Source: a bacterium
GTDB taxonomy: Bacteria; Patescibacteriota; Minisyncoccia; Phycocordibacterales; CAIZIN01
DNA length: 64,000 nt
NCBI GenBank assembly: GCA_037131675.1
Contig: JBAXQO010000003.1
Location: 2,487 to 66,486 of the forward strand
Direction: 5' to 3'
Shown here: positions 9,494 through 19,223 of the stretch, piece after piece
Position numbering within the stretch: position 1 is the first letter of the stretch
Layout: each line of letters starts with the position of its first letter
Position numbers and translations under genes: made by a program
The notes under the pieces: model-generated
What the model was told of the DNA's origin: nothing
What the model saw: the letters and a program-made list of their open reading frames with translations, nothing else
Databases searched by the model: none

Positions 9494-10030
9494 ATGTCAC
9501 GACTTGCAAAAAAACCAACAGCAATTCCACAGGGCGTAGAAGTTACCTTTTCAGATTGTACTCTTTTTACAAAGGGTCCAAAAGGAAATCTATCCGTTTC
9601 TGTAGATCCTCGAATTACTGTTGAAGTAAAAGATAACGAGGCGCATTTTATCGTAAAAACAAAAAATGATCTTGAAGCTCTAGCGCTTTGGGGTACTTAT
9701 GCTGCACATCTTCGAAATATGATTGAGGGTGTCACAAAGGGTTATACAAAGAAACTTGAAGTTGAAGGTGTGGGCTTCAAATGGGAAGTAAAAGGCAAGG
9801 ACATTGTTATGGCTCTTGGTTTTTCACATCCTGTTATTGTTGCCATTCCAGAAGGTATTCAAGCTATAACTGAAAAGCTTACAATGACCATTACAGGTAT
9901 TGATAAAGAAAAGGTCGGACAATTTGCAGCGCAGGTTCGCAATTACAAGAAGCCTGAACCTTACAAAGGTAAAGGTATCCACTACGTCGGCGAATATATT
10001 CGTCGCAAGCAGGGTAAGAAAACAGTATAA
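9494..10030 (+). CDS. rplF: 50S ribosomal protein L6 (ATG at 9494 preferred)
   Basis: [27 protein letters not shown]. Confidence 0.97.
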   Translation: MSRLAKKPTAIPQGVEVTFSDCTLFTKGPKGNLSVSVDPRITVEVKDNEAHFIVKTKNDLEALALWGTYAAHLRNMIEGVTKGYTKKLEVEGVGFKWEVKGKDIVMALGFSHPVIVAIPEGIQAITEKLTMTITGIDKEKVGQFAAQVRNYKKPEPYKGKGIHYVGEYIRRKQGKKTV

Positions 10031-10032
10031 TC

Positions 10033-10380
10033 ATGGCCAATACTAACAAAAAAACACTCAAACGAGAGACTCGACATGCACGTATTCGAGCAAAAATCGA
10101 AGGTACAAAAGAGATGCCTCGACTTTGTGTGTACAAATCAAACAAATATATTTACGCTCAGCTCATTGATGACCTTTCAGGCACAACTCTTGCAGCAGCT
10201 TCTTCAATGAAATCAAAAGGAACAATGATGGAAGGAGCTAAAGAAGTAGGAAAGGAGATTGCAGAACTTGCAAAGAAAATCAATATTTCAAAGGTCGCAT
10301 TTGATCGAGGTGGCTTCATTTACACAGGCAAGATAAAGGTTCTTGCGGATGCTGCCCGAGAAGCCGGCTTAACTTTCTAA
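10033..10380 (+). CDS. rplR: 50S ribosomal protein L18
   Basis: [29 protein letters not shown]. Confidence 0.97.
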   Translation: MANTNKKTLKRETRHARIRAKIEGTKEMPRLCVYKSNKYIYAQLIDDLSGTTLAAASSMKSKGTMMEGAKEVGKEIAELAKKINISKVAFDRGGFIYTGKIKVLADAAREAGLTF

Positions 10381-10384
10381 ATTT

Positions 10385-11050
10385 ATGACAGACAATAAAA
10401 CAGATAATAAAGAAGTAGAGCAGAAAAAAGAAGGGGAGGCCGCACAGGCAGCTCCTGTTGTGTTCGACAGTTTTGATTCTGCTACTGTTGAAAAACAAGA
10501 GACATCAATGACTGCTCCTAAGCGAGATTTCAAAAAGAATACTCGTCGCCCAGGAGGACCAAGACGTGAACCTCGAGTAAAATCTGAGTATGATCAGAAA
10601 ATTCTAAACATCCGACGTGTGACTCGAGTTGCATCAGGAGGACGAAGATTTAGTTTTTCTGTAGCTATCGTTATCGGTAACAGAAAAGGTGCAGTAGGTG
10701 TGGGAACAGGTAAGGCTGGAGACACATCACTTGCTATCGACAAAGCTGTTCGCGATGCAAAGAAAAATCTAATTCATGTTCGTTCAACTAAAGGTTTTTC
10801 AATTCCTCACGAAGTTTCTTGTAAATACTCAAGTGCTCGTATTATGTTGAAACCTGCTAAGGGTCGTGGCATCATTGCCGGATCTGCAGTACGTGATGTT
10901 CTTGAACTTGCTGGTGTGAAAGACGTGAATGCAAAAGTACTTTCTCCAAGTAAGAACAAATTGAACATTGCTCAGGCAACATTGAAAGCAATTCAAATGC
11001 TTAAGACTCCGAAGGCACAGGTCGCAAAAGAACCAAAGAAAGCTGAATAA
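10385..11050 (+). CDS. rpsE: 30S ribosomal protein S5 with long N-terminal extension
   Basis: RRVTRVASGGRRFSF, GRGIIAG, VLELAG. Confidence 0.96.
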   Translation: MTDNKTDNKEVEQKKEGEAAQAAPVVFDSFDSATVEKQETSMTAPKRDFKKNTRRPGGPRREPRVKSEYDQKILNIRRVTRVASGGRRFSFSVAIVIGNRKGAVGVGTGKAGDTSLAIDKAVRDAKKNLIHVRSTKGFSIPHEVSCKYSSARIMLKPAKGRGIIAGSAVRDVLELAGVKDVNAKVLSPSKNKLNIAQATLKAIQMLKTPKAQVAKEPKKAE

Positions 11051-11059
11051 TCTACTACC

Positions 11060-11503
11060 ATGCAATTTAACACTCTTAAATCAAAAACTCAGCGAACTAC
11101 AAGCACCCAAGTTGGGCGTGGAGGTAAGCGAGGTAAAACAGCAGGACGAGGAACAAAAGGTCAGAAAGCTCGCGCAGGTCACAAAATTCGTCCAGAATTT
11201 CGTGATGTGATCAAGCGTATTCCAAAGATGCGAGGACGAGGAAAGAACAGTAACAAAACTATCCAGACAAAATCAGTAATCGTTCCAATTCTCATTCTTG
11301 AAGCATCATATGAAAATGGTGAAAAAGTTACTCCAAAGACACTTTTGGAAAAAGGTATTATTACTATAATGAAGGGCAAGACTCCAAAAGTAAAAATCCT
11401 TGGTAATGGTTCAATTACAAAGAAAGTTAACATATCAGGCTGTGATGTATCTCTCGCTGCAAAAGCAAGTATTGAAAAGGCAGGCGGTACAGTAGCAGCT
11501 TAA
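11060..11503 (+). CDS. rplO: 50S ribosomal protein L15
   Basis: GRGGKRGKTAGRGTKGQKAR, KILGNG, IEKAGG. Confidence 0.96.
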   Translation: MQFNTLKSKTQRTTSTQVGRGGKRGKTAGRGTKGQKARAGHKIRPEFRDVIKRIPKMRGRGKNSNKTIQTKSVIVPILILEASYENGEKVTPKTLLEKGIITIMKGKTPKVKILGNGSITKKVNISGCDVSLAAKASIEKAGGTVAA

Positions 11504-11511
11504 GCACAATT

Positions 11512-12783
11512 ATGGAAAATTTTTTCCACAAGATAGGGGTAATCGTGAAAGACAAAAATCTTCGATCGAAATTTTTGTTTACTATAATTGCCCTCATTGT
11601 GTTTCGAGCGTTTGCAGCAATCCCAATTCCAGGAATTGATATCGCGAGACTTCAACAGTTTCTTTCAAACAATCAATTTTTTGGTTTGCTTGATGTGTTT
11701 TCTGGTGGAGGACTCTCAAGTCTTTCAATTGTAATGCTTGGTGTTGGACCATATATTACTGGTTCAATTATCATGCAGCTCTTGACTATGATGTCGCCGA
11801 AACTCAAGGCTCTATATCACGAAGAAGGCGAAGCTGGTAGAAAGAGATTTACACAATATTCAAGAATGCTTACCGTTCCTCTTGCACTCATTCAGTCAAT
11901 TGGCTTCATTTTGCTTCTTAGAAACCAGGGTGTTCTAAATGCAATGACGCCATTTAACCTAGGTGTAAACGTTATCATTGTGTCAGCAGGTTCAGTACTC
12001 TTGATGTGGATTGGTGAGCTCATCACTGAGTTTGGTATTGGAAACGGAGTTTCACTTATTATCTTTTCAGGTATAGTGGCTCGTATTCCAAGTGCTATCA
12101 ACGAACTTGCGCTCAACTATGATGCATCACAGATTCCAATGATAATCGCATTCTTTATCGGTGCTCTAGTAGTTATCGGTGGGGTAGTGTTCATTACTGA
12201 AGCAGAACGTCCTGTTCCTGTTACATATGCTAAACGTGTTCGCGGAAACAAAGTGTATGGAGGTATATCAACATATCTTCCACTTCGTATAAACCAAGCA
12301 GGTGTGATTCCAATTATTTTTGCGCTTTCAATTCTTGTATTTCCTCAGATGATCGCACAGTTTTTGGTTACATCAGGTAATGTTGCGCTTCATGCTGTTG
12401 CTCAGGCAGTTATAAGCGCTCTTCAGAATCAGCTTGTGTACGGAGCTTTGTATTTCTTCTTTGTATTTGTCTTTACTTACTTCTACACAGCTGTAACTTT
12501 CGAGCCAGATTCAATTGCAACAAATTTACAGAAGAACGGTGCGTTTATTCCTGGTGTTAGACCAGGTGTACCAACTTCTGAATACCTTGCAAACATCATC
12601 ACTCGCATTACGCTTGTGGGAGCACTCTTTCTAGGTGCTATCGCTGTTCTTCCTTTAATTTTGCGAGCCGTAACTGGTGTGGCATCTTTGACGATTGGCG
12701 GTACTGCACTTTTGATTGTAGTTTCTGTAGTTATTGACCTCATCAAAAAGGTTGAAGCACAGCTTACAATGAGAGAGTACTAA
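11512..12783 (+). CDS. secY: Preprotein translocase SecY
   Basis: LGVGPYIT, GIGNGVSLII, IPGVRPG, GGTALLIVV. Confidence 0.98.
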   Translation: MENFFHKIGVIVKDKNLRSKFLFTIIALIVFRAFAAIPIPGIDIARLQQFLSNNQFFGLLDVFSGGGLSSLSIVMLGVGPYITGSIIMQLLTMMSPKLKALYHEEGEAGRKRFTQYSRMLTVPLALIQSIGFILLLRNQGVLNAMTPFNLGVNVIIVSAGSVLLMWIGELITEFGIGNGVSLIIFSGIVARIPSAINELALNYDASQIPMIIAFFIGALVVIGGVVFITEAERPVPVTYAKRVRGNKVYGGISTYLPLRINQAGVIPIIFALSILVFPQMIAQFLVTSGNVALHAVAQAVISALQNQLVYGALYFFFVFVFTYFYTAVTFEPDSIATNLQKNGAFIPGVRPGVPTSEYLANIITRITLVGALFLGAIAVLPLILRAVTGVASLTIGGTALLIVVSVVIDLIKKVEAQLTMREY

Positions 12784-12800
12784 AACAGTCATAAATATAA

Positions 12801-12834
12801 AACAAAAAGCCAGCATAGCCGCTGGCTTTTTGTT
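12801..12834. terminator. Intrinsic terminator after secY
   Basis: AACAAAAAGCCAGC-atagcc-GCTGGCTTTTTGTT. Confidence 0.75.
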
Positions 12835-12894
12835 TATTTACACATGTCACTCATCTGGTAATTTTCCAAAAAATCGGCTAATATAGAGCTTATA

Positions 12895-13503
12895 ATGATG
12901 CAAAAAGAGAAAAAGCCGATAGCGTTCTTGTTTATTGGTCGGTCTGGTTGTGGTAAGGGTACTCAGGCAGATATTTTCATAAAAAAATTCAAAGAAACTC
13001 ATCCTCATGAACCTTTGTATTATCTTGAATCCGGAAAGAATTTTCGTGAGTTTATTTCTAAAGAAAACTTTTCAAGTGTGCTGTCTAAGAAAATAATGGA
13101 GACAGGTAAGCTTCAACCGGAATTTTTGGCAGTATGGGTGTGGTCACATTTAATGATTAGAAATATGAAGGAAGGTGAACATCTGGTTCTTGACGGTGTT
13201 CCTCGAAAGCTTAGAGAAGCTCATGTGCTTGAAACCGCATTTGATTTTTACGGTTTTAAAGAAGTATATGTTATACATATAGATATTACTCGAGAAGAAA
13301 CAAAACGAAGACTTGCAATACGTGGAAGAATGGATGACAAAGATCCTAAAGAAGTAGATGAGAGACTTGATTGGTTTGACAATGATGTTACACCTGCAAT
13401 TGAATTTTACTCAAACAATCCACGGTACAAATATATTCATGTTAATGGAGAGCGAGAGATAGAAGTGGTACATGATGAAATCATTGAAAAAGTTGGACTC
13501 TAG
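12895..13503 (+). CDS. adk: Adenylate/nucleoside monophosphate kinase (short LID)
   Basis: P-loop GRSGCGKGTQ, LDGVPR, RGRMDD; between secY and map. Confidence 0.85.
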   Translation: MMQKEKKPIAFLFIGRSGCGKGTQADIFIKKFKETHPHEPLYYLESGKNFREFISKENFSSVLSKKIMETGKLQPEFLAVWVWSHLMIRNMKEGEHLVLDGVPRKLREAHVLETAFDFYGFKEVYVIHIDITREETKRRLAIRGRMDDKDPKEVDERLDWFDNDVTPAIEFYSNNPRYKYIHVNGEREIEVVHDEIIEKVGL

Positions 13504-13546
13504 TTTTTGCAGTCACATCAGATGGAGTGGTAATTTAAGAATAGAA

Positions 13547-14311
13547 ATGATTAAATTAAAAACAAAAGAAGATATAGAAATTTTACGGGAAGGTGGCAAA
13601 CATCTGTCTTTTGTCTTATTTCAACTTAAAAAAGCTGCAAAGCCAGGGGTGACAACAAAAGAGCTCGATGATCTAGCTTACAAACTCACCATTGAGAAAG
13701 GAGATACTCCTGCTTTTCTTAACTATCAGCCGTATGGTGCAGATCGGCCATATCCGGCAAGTGCTTGTATTTCTATAAACAATGAAATCGTTCACGGTAT
13801 TCCGAATGAATCAGAAAAGATTTTAAAAGAAGGAGATATTGTTTCTTTAGATATGGGCTTGATACATAAAGGGTTGTTTGTGGATTCTGCTATTACCGTG
13901 CCAGTTGGAAAAATTGATGATGCTGCAAAAAAACTCCTAAAAGCAACTCGTGAATCTTTGGAAGCTGGAATAAAAGCTGTGAAAGTTGGTGGTCACATTG
14001 GGGACATTGGTGCGGCTATAGAGTCTGTGGCAAAGAAATATAAATTTGGAATCGCTGAAGGTTTGTGTGGACACGGTGTTGGTTTTGCTGTACATGAAGA
14101 CCCATATGTACCCAACGAAGGAATGACAGGTGAGGGGCCAGAGCTTGTACCAGGACTTGTAATCGCTATTGAGCCAATGTTTAACGAAGGTACGGGACAA
14201 ATAAAACTTGCAAAGGATAAGTGGACATACGTCACAAAAGATGGGAAGAGAAGCGCTCATTTTGAGCACACAATAGCTGTTACTGAAGAGGGAATAGAGA
14301 TTTTGACTTAA
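13547..14311 (+). CDS. map: Methionine aminopeptidase type I
   Basis: SINNEIVHGIP, GHGVG, IAIEPM, SAHFEHT. Confidence 0.97.
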   Translation: MIKLKTKEDIEILREGGKHLSFVLFQLKKAAKPGVTTKELDDLAYKLTIEKGDTPAFLNYQPYGADRPYPASACISINNEIVHGIPNESEKILKEGDIVSLDMGLIHKGLFVDSAITVPVGKIDDAAKKLLKATRESLEAGIKAVKVGGHIGDIGAAIESVAKKYKFGIAEGLCGHGVGFAVHEDPYVPNEGMTGEGPELVPGLVIAIEPMFNEGTGQIKLAKDKWTYVTKDGKRSAHFEHTIAVTEEGIEILT

Positions 14312-14420
14312 CATAATTTATGTTGTCTAGTATATTGGCCTTATTAATGAATAATAAATTCATATAATCTTCATGTAGGTTTTGTTAATGTGTTGAAAGT
14401 TATACGTACCTTAAAACCTG

Positions 14421-14478
14421 TTTTCACTACAGTAGAAAAAGCTTAATTATAGTTATGTTTTTTCTACTGTAGTGAAAA
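14421..14478. repeat. 20-bp perfect inverted repeat with 18-nt spacer
   Basis: TTTTCACTACAGTAGAAAAA / TTTTTCTACTGTAGTGAAAA. Confidence 0.85.
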
Positions 14479-14519
14479 ACACAGTGTAAACAACAACCAA
14501 CCAACGAAAGGAATTTAGT

Positions 14520-15068
14520 ATGGGATTAATAGGAACATTGGCTGAAAGTGTATTTGGAAAGGGGTGGAGCCCTCAAAATGTGAATTCTGATTTATCAGGA
14601 TCAAAAACCGTAATGGTCAGAGGGACGAGGAGAATATCCTTACCTCTTTTTGAGGTTTTTGCCTCCAATACGAACCGGAGCGCTAAAATTAAAATATCCC
14701 AAGTGTGGCCAGTGTTCGAAAAACTCTTCTACATGAACGGATATGTTGTGACTTCACAATCAGACAGCGTTTTGGTTTGCGACGAGATGAGAGATGGTGC
14801 TCTTATAAACCTTAAAAAGGATGCGTTGGATTTTGACAAATCTGCCATAGTCAGCCTCGGACAAATCTTGTCTTTGCTGCTTGAACAGGGAAGTGGTGAA
14901 GAAGGCTCACTCTTAACTAACGGATGGTCAAATGGGTTCCGTGTTGTTAACGACTATGATGAGCTTTGCACACTTGTTGTCTATGCAGATTCGGAAGGCT
15001 GGTGCATTGGTGTCGAAGCTGATGACAAAGGCGGACTTAAGAAGGGTCGCTTCTTTTATCCTCAGTAA
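14520..15068 (+). CDS. Hypothetical protein
   Basis: 182-aa ORF with AAGGA upstream and a downstream hairpin (CCTGGTTTGT...ACAAACCAGG); no motif recognised. Confidence 0.6.
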   Translation: MGLIGTLAESVFGKGWSPQNVNSDLSGSKTVMVRGTRRISLPLFEVFASNTNRSAKIKISQVWPVFEKLFYMNGYVVTSQSDSVLVCDEMRDGALINLKKDALDFDKSAIVSLGQILSLLLEQGSGEEGSLLTNGWSNGFRVVNDYDELCTLVVYADSEGWCIGVEADDKGGLKKGRFFYPQ

Positions 15069-15207
15069 AATAATTGTTGAGTCCTGGTTTGTATCTCGTT
15101 GAATTAAACGAAACAAACCAGGGCTTTTATTTTTTTATATTATTCACAACTCTATTGGATTTTTTCTATATTTTTTATTTGTATTTTGCGGTACAATTGT
15201 AAAGAAT

Positions 15208-17982
15208 ATGAATCCTAATTTTTCACAAGAAGGTGGGGCTTTTACAAATTCTCAGGATGAACTCGCATTTTTGCGAGAACGTATTGCATCACTTGAAAAA
15301 AACTTTGAGCAGAAAGGTGAAAAAATAAACCGTGAAGAAATAATTCGCGAACAAATAGACTCGTATAAAAAAGTCTCTCCAGAAGTTGCTCTCCATCAAG
15401 ATTTTGCACTCACGCATTCACAAGTAGAGGGGATAGTACTCGACCTCTCTCCAGAAGAGCATGACAAAAAAATGGAAGAATTGGTGGGGACTCTTCAAGA
15501 AAAAGGAATTCATAATACTTTGCGTGTGGTTGAAGGTTTGAAAAATCCGCACCTAGAGGATGATTTCCACAGATTTTTAGTGGAGTATGTAAAAAAAGGA
15601 TATCTGCTCGAAGGGATGAATGAGCGTGCCCCAATATATAAAACACTTCGACGTACTCTATACGAAATTGCTTTTCCTGATGCAGAGAAAGACGAGAAAC
15701 AAAAACCTCTAAAAGAGTTTATTTCAAGCATGGAGCAATTTTATTCTGGTCTTTTGAATGCTGGAGGAATAAAAAGCCTTCACGACTATATAACTATCGA
15801 GCTTGCAAATTCATACAATAGTCAAGAAACTGTGTTTTATATGTCGGTACCAAATGACCAATGTGATTTGTTTGAAAAGCAAATACTTTCTGTTTTTTCC
15901 AAAGCAAAAGTACTTGCTAAACATGATGACTACAATATTTTCAATGAATCCGGAATAACAAGTGGTTCGTTTGCTTCATATGTGAAGAGTGATGCACTAC
16001 CTCTTAAGCTTTATGATGAATATGATTATGATCCTCTCAATATCGTTCTCAACTCATTTTCTAAAATAGGTAAAGCAGGTGAAGGTGCTGCTATACAAAT
16101 TATTCTTAATCCGGCAGGAGATTTTTACCTATCTCGCTTTAAAAAAGCACTTGAGGAAATTGAAAAAGGTGGATCTAAAAAAGAAGCACTAGATGTAACC
16201 TATGATTTAGGTGAAGAGCTTGCAAAAGACTTTAAAATTTTTATTAAAGACATGTTCAAGGGGGATAAAAAGAAAACCGAGAAAGACCAGTTCGAACACA
16301 AATATGTTGACCAAGCTACGGTAGAAAGTTTAAAGAAAAAAATATCCTCTCCTGTGGTTGCTGCAAATATCCGCATTTTGGCATCTGCAGAAAACAGAGC
16401 ACGAGCAGAGGCTATTCGTAGTGAGCTAGAATCTACCTTCAACCAATTTGTAAGCACTACAGGAAATAGTGTTGTTTTCACAAAATGTGAAGGAAGTAAA
16501 CTAAATGTTCTTGTAAGGAATTTCTCGTTCAGGTATTTTATTGATGGTGAAGTTTTGCCTATGAATATTAAAGAACTCACAACTATTATGCATTTTCCTG
16601 CAGGCGGGCTTGCATCAAACCCAAACTTGAAAGAAGCAAAAGCAGGTTCAGCTCCTGCGCCAGTAGGTATGCCAGAAAGTGGATTGTTTCTTGGTACAAA
16701 TATTCACCAAAATATTAAAAAAGAAATTTATATAACTCCAGAAGACAGACTTCGTCATATGTATGTTATTGGTCAGACTGGTACAGGTAAGTCTGTATTT
16801 TTGAAGAATATGGCAATTCAGGATATTAAGAATGGGGAAGGTGTGTGTTTTATTGACCCGCATGGTTCGGATGTAGATGCTGTTCTTGCCTGTGTTCCAC
16901 CTGAGAGATATCAAGATGTTATATATTTTGACCCTGCGTATACAGAAAGACCGATGGCTCTCAACATGCTCGAATTTGATCCAACTCGTCCAGATCAAAA
17001 AACATTCGTAGTAAATGAATTATTTAGTATTTTCAAAAAACTTTTCAGTTCCGACACTATGGGCCCTGCGTTTGAACAATATTTCCGAAACTCTGCTGGT
17101 CTTGTGATGGAACATCCAGAAAGTGGTTGTACCCTTGTTGATGTTTCTCGTGTTCTTTCGGATAAAAGATATCGCGATCTTAAGCTTGCTCATTGTAAAA
17201 ATCCTCTCATTGCACAATTTTGGGCAAATGCAGAAAGAACCAGTGGGGAGCAGGGTTTGGCAAACTATGTGCAATATGTGACAAATAAATTCGATGTCTT
17301 TCTTTCAAATGACATTATGCGTCCTGTTGTTGCTCAAGAAAAATCATCTTTCAATTTTAGAGACATTATGGATAGAAAAAAGATTTTACTCGTCAATCTT
17401 TCAAAAGGACGTCTAGGAGACCTAAATGCAAACCTTATAGGACTTATTCTTGTTGGAAAGATTTTGATGGCAGCTTTGTCTCGTACTGATTTAGTAGGTA
17501 GAGAAGAGTTTCCACCTTTCTATCTTTATATTGATGAGTTTCAGAATATCACAACAGACTCAATCTCAACTATACTTTCTGAGGCCCGAAAATATAAACT
17601 TAGTCTTACGATTGCACATCAATTTATAAAACAGATTGAGGAAAATATTAGAGATGCGGTATTTGGAAACGTTGGGTCTATGGCAGTGTTTCGTGTGGGT
17701 GCCGAGGATGCAGAATTTTTGGTAAAACAATTTGAACCTGTGTTCACGACAAAGGATATTATGAATATCGATAACCTAAATGCTTATTTAAAAATCCTTT
17801 CCCAAGGAAAGCCTGTAAGACCATTTAGTATCCATGAACCTTTTCCACCGCAGGGAAATGTTGATGTGGCTGATAAGCTAAAGCAGCTTTCATATCTTAC
17901 ATATGGAAAAGACAGAACAGAGGTAGAAGAGGGTATTATGGAAAAATATGCTCCTACTGGAGGAATGAGTGTTAAATTATAG
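15208..17982 (+). CDS. VirD4/TraD/HerA-like ATPase (type IV coupling-protein-like)
   Basis: RLRHMYVIGQTGTGKS (Walker A), FIDPHG, LYIDEFQN (Walker B), LSEARKY, AHQ, FGNVGS. Confidence 0.88.
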   Translation: MNPNFSQEGGAFTNSQDELAFLRERIASLEKNFEQKGEKINREEIIREQIDSYKKVSPEVALHQDFALTHSQVEGIVLDLSPEEHDKKMEELVGTLQEKGIHNTLRVVEGLKNPHLEDDFHRFLVEYVKKGYLLEGMNERAPIYKTLRRTLYEIAFPDAEKDEKQKPLKEFISSMEQFYSGLLNAGGIKSLHDYITIELANSYNSQETVFYMSVPNDQCDLFEKQILSVFSKAKVLAKHDDYNIFNESGITSGSFASYVKSDALPLKLYDEYDYDPLNIVLNSFSKIGKAGEGAAIQIILNPAGDFYLSRFKKALEEIEKGGSKKEALDVTYDLGEELAKDFKIFIKDMFKGDKKKTEKDQFEHKYVDQATVESLKKKISSPVVAANIRILASAENRARAEAIRSELESTFNQFVSTTGNSVVFTKCEGSKLNVLVRNFSFRYFIDGEVLPMNIKELTTIMHFPAGGLASNPNLKEAKAGSAPAPVGMPESGLFLGTNIHQNIKKEIYITPEDRLRHMYVIGQTGTGKSVFLKNMAIQDIKNGEGVCFIDPHGSDVDAVLACVPPERYQDVIYFDPAYTERPMALNMLEFDPTRPDQKTFVVNELFSIFKKLFSSDTMGPAFEQYFRNSAGLVMEHPESGCTLVDVSRVLSDKRYRDLKLAHCKNPLIAQFWANAERTSGEQGLANYVQYVTNKFDVFLSNDIMRPVVAQEKSSFNFRDIMDRKKILLVNLSKGRLGDLNANLIGLILVGKILMAALSRTDLVGREEFPPFYLYIDEFQNITTDSISTILSEARKYKLSLTIAHQFIKQIEENIRDAVFGNVGSMAVFRVGAEDAEFLVKQFEPVFTTKDIMNIDNLNAYLKILSQGKPVRPFSIHEPFPPQGNVDVADKLKQLSYLTYGKDRTEVEEGIMEKYAPTGGMSVKL

Positions 17983-18006
17983 GATAAAGTATATAATCAT
18001 AATCCT

Positions 18007-18612
18007 ATGACACACTTCAAAAAAGAAAAAACACTTGTAATTATTAAACCAGACGGAGTGCAACGTTCACTTGTTGGAGAAATCATAAAGCGCTACGAGA
18101 GAGTAGGGCTTAAACTTATCGCAATGAAGATGATAACGGTAGAGGGTGATTTTATAGAGAAACATTACACCCTTGATCCAGAATGGAGAAGAATAACAGG
18201 AGAGAAAACAATAAAAGGGTATTTAGACAAAGGTCTTACACCGCCATCAAATGATCCTCTCGAAATTACTGGTGTGCTTTTAGGAAAACTTAAAAAATAC
18301 ATGACGAGCGGTCCTGTGGTTGCGATGGTGTGGCAAGGAGCTCATGCTGTAGCTCTCGTGCGTAAACTTACGGGCGGAACAGAGCCACTAACCTCCGATG
18401 TGGGGACCATACGTGGAGATTTCGTTCTTGACTCATACCAGATGACTGATAGCGATAACCGTTCTATACGAAATTTGGTGCACGCCTCTGGCTCTGTAGT
18501 TGAAGCAGAACAAGAGATTCCTCATTGGTTTAAGGAAGATGAAATAATTAAATATAATCATATTCAAGAAAAAATTCTCTATGATGTAAATTTGGATGGA
18601 ATTTTAGAATAA
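18007..18612 (+). CDS. ndk: Nucleoside diphosphate kinase
   Basis: IIKPDGVQR, SGPVVAMV, GTIRGDF, RNLVHAS. Confidence 0.95.
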   Translation: MTHFKKEKTLVIIKPDGVQRSLVGEIIKRYERVGLKLIAMKMITVEGDFIEKHYTLDPEWRRITGEKTIKGYLDKGLTPPSNDPLEITGVLLGKLKKYMTSGPVVAMVWQGAHAVALVRKLTGGTEPLTSDVGTIRGDFVLDSYQMTDSDNRSIRNLVHASGSVVEAEQEIPHWFKEDEIIKYNHIQEKILYDVNLDGILE

Positions 18613-18662
18613 TCTTTCAATTTCTTGATTTAATGATTTTTGGGTGTAATATTCATTTTAGT

Positions 18663-18857
18663 ATGAACTTTCCATCTCAAATAGTAACGGCGGAAGGTGC
18701 CATTGGCATCATTCCGGTAACAGACGATGAAGATTCTGTTTCACCTAGCAACGGAAAAACTGTTTCAGTGACACCAAAACGTGATTCGGTTTTCAAACCA
18801 GTTGATGTAGGTGCTCAGACTCGTCGAGCCTACTCCGGCTGTTTTTTTAGGGTTTAA
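18663..18857 (+). CDS. Small hypothetical protein
   Basis: 64-aa ORF filling an intergenic gap; no motif. Confidence 0.3.
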   Translation: MNFPSQIVTAEGAIGIIPVTDDEDSVSPSNGKTVSVTPKRDSVFKPVDVGAQTRRAYSGCFFRV

Positions 18858-18978
18858 GGTGATATTTTTTATTTGATTCCATATTGGGTACCTCAAGTTA
18901 ATCTTGTGGTACTTTTTTCTTTGTGGTGCTACATGAAGTTAACATTGCATTCTCAGATTGCAAGTATATAATCCAAAT

Positions 18979-19128
18979 GGGGGATGTTTGAGAATGTTCA
19001 CCGATAAGTTTTCGCAAGGGAGTCTTATATCCTTGAGTTCTGGTTGAATACGTTTACGCGCAATTCCGATGAACTCATATGCGGACACCCACTTGGATTC
19101 TGTTCAAGGCGAACATTCTCGCACTCCC
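18979..19128 (+). ncRNA. ssrS: 6S RNA (compact, ~150 nt)
   Basis: Closing stem GAGAATGTTC(18990)/GAACATTCTC(19111); apical stem TGAGTTC/GAACTCA; 6S-type motifs GGGAG and GACACCCAC...GTTCAAG; promoter TTGCAT-N16-TATAAT upstream, terminator downstream. Confidence 0.75.
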
Positions 19129-19132
19129 TAAT

Positions 19133-19160
19133 AAAAACACTTCCCTTGGGAAGTGTTTTT
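19133..19160 (+). terminator. Terminator after the 6S RNA
   Basis: AAAAACACTTCC-cttg-GGAAGTGTTTTT. Confidence 0.75.
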
Positions 19161-19223
19161 ATTTTCCATTTTTATATATATGTGTGATAAAATACAGAAT
19201 AGTTTTTATCAATCATTTTTTAT

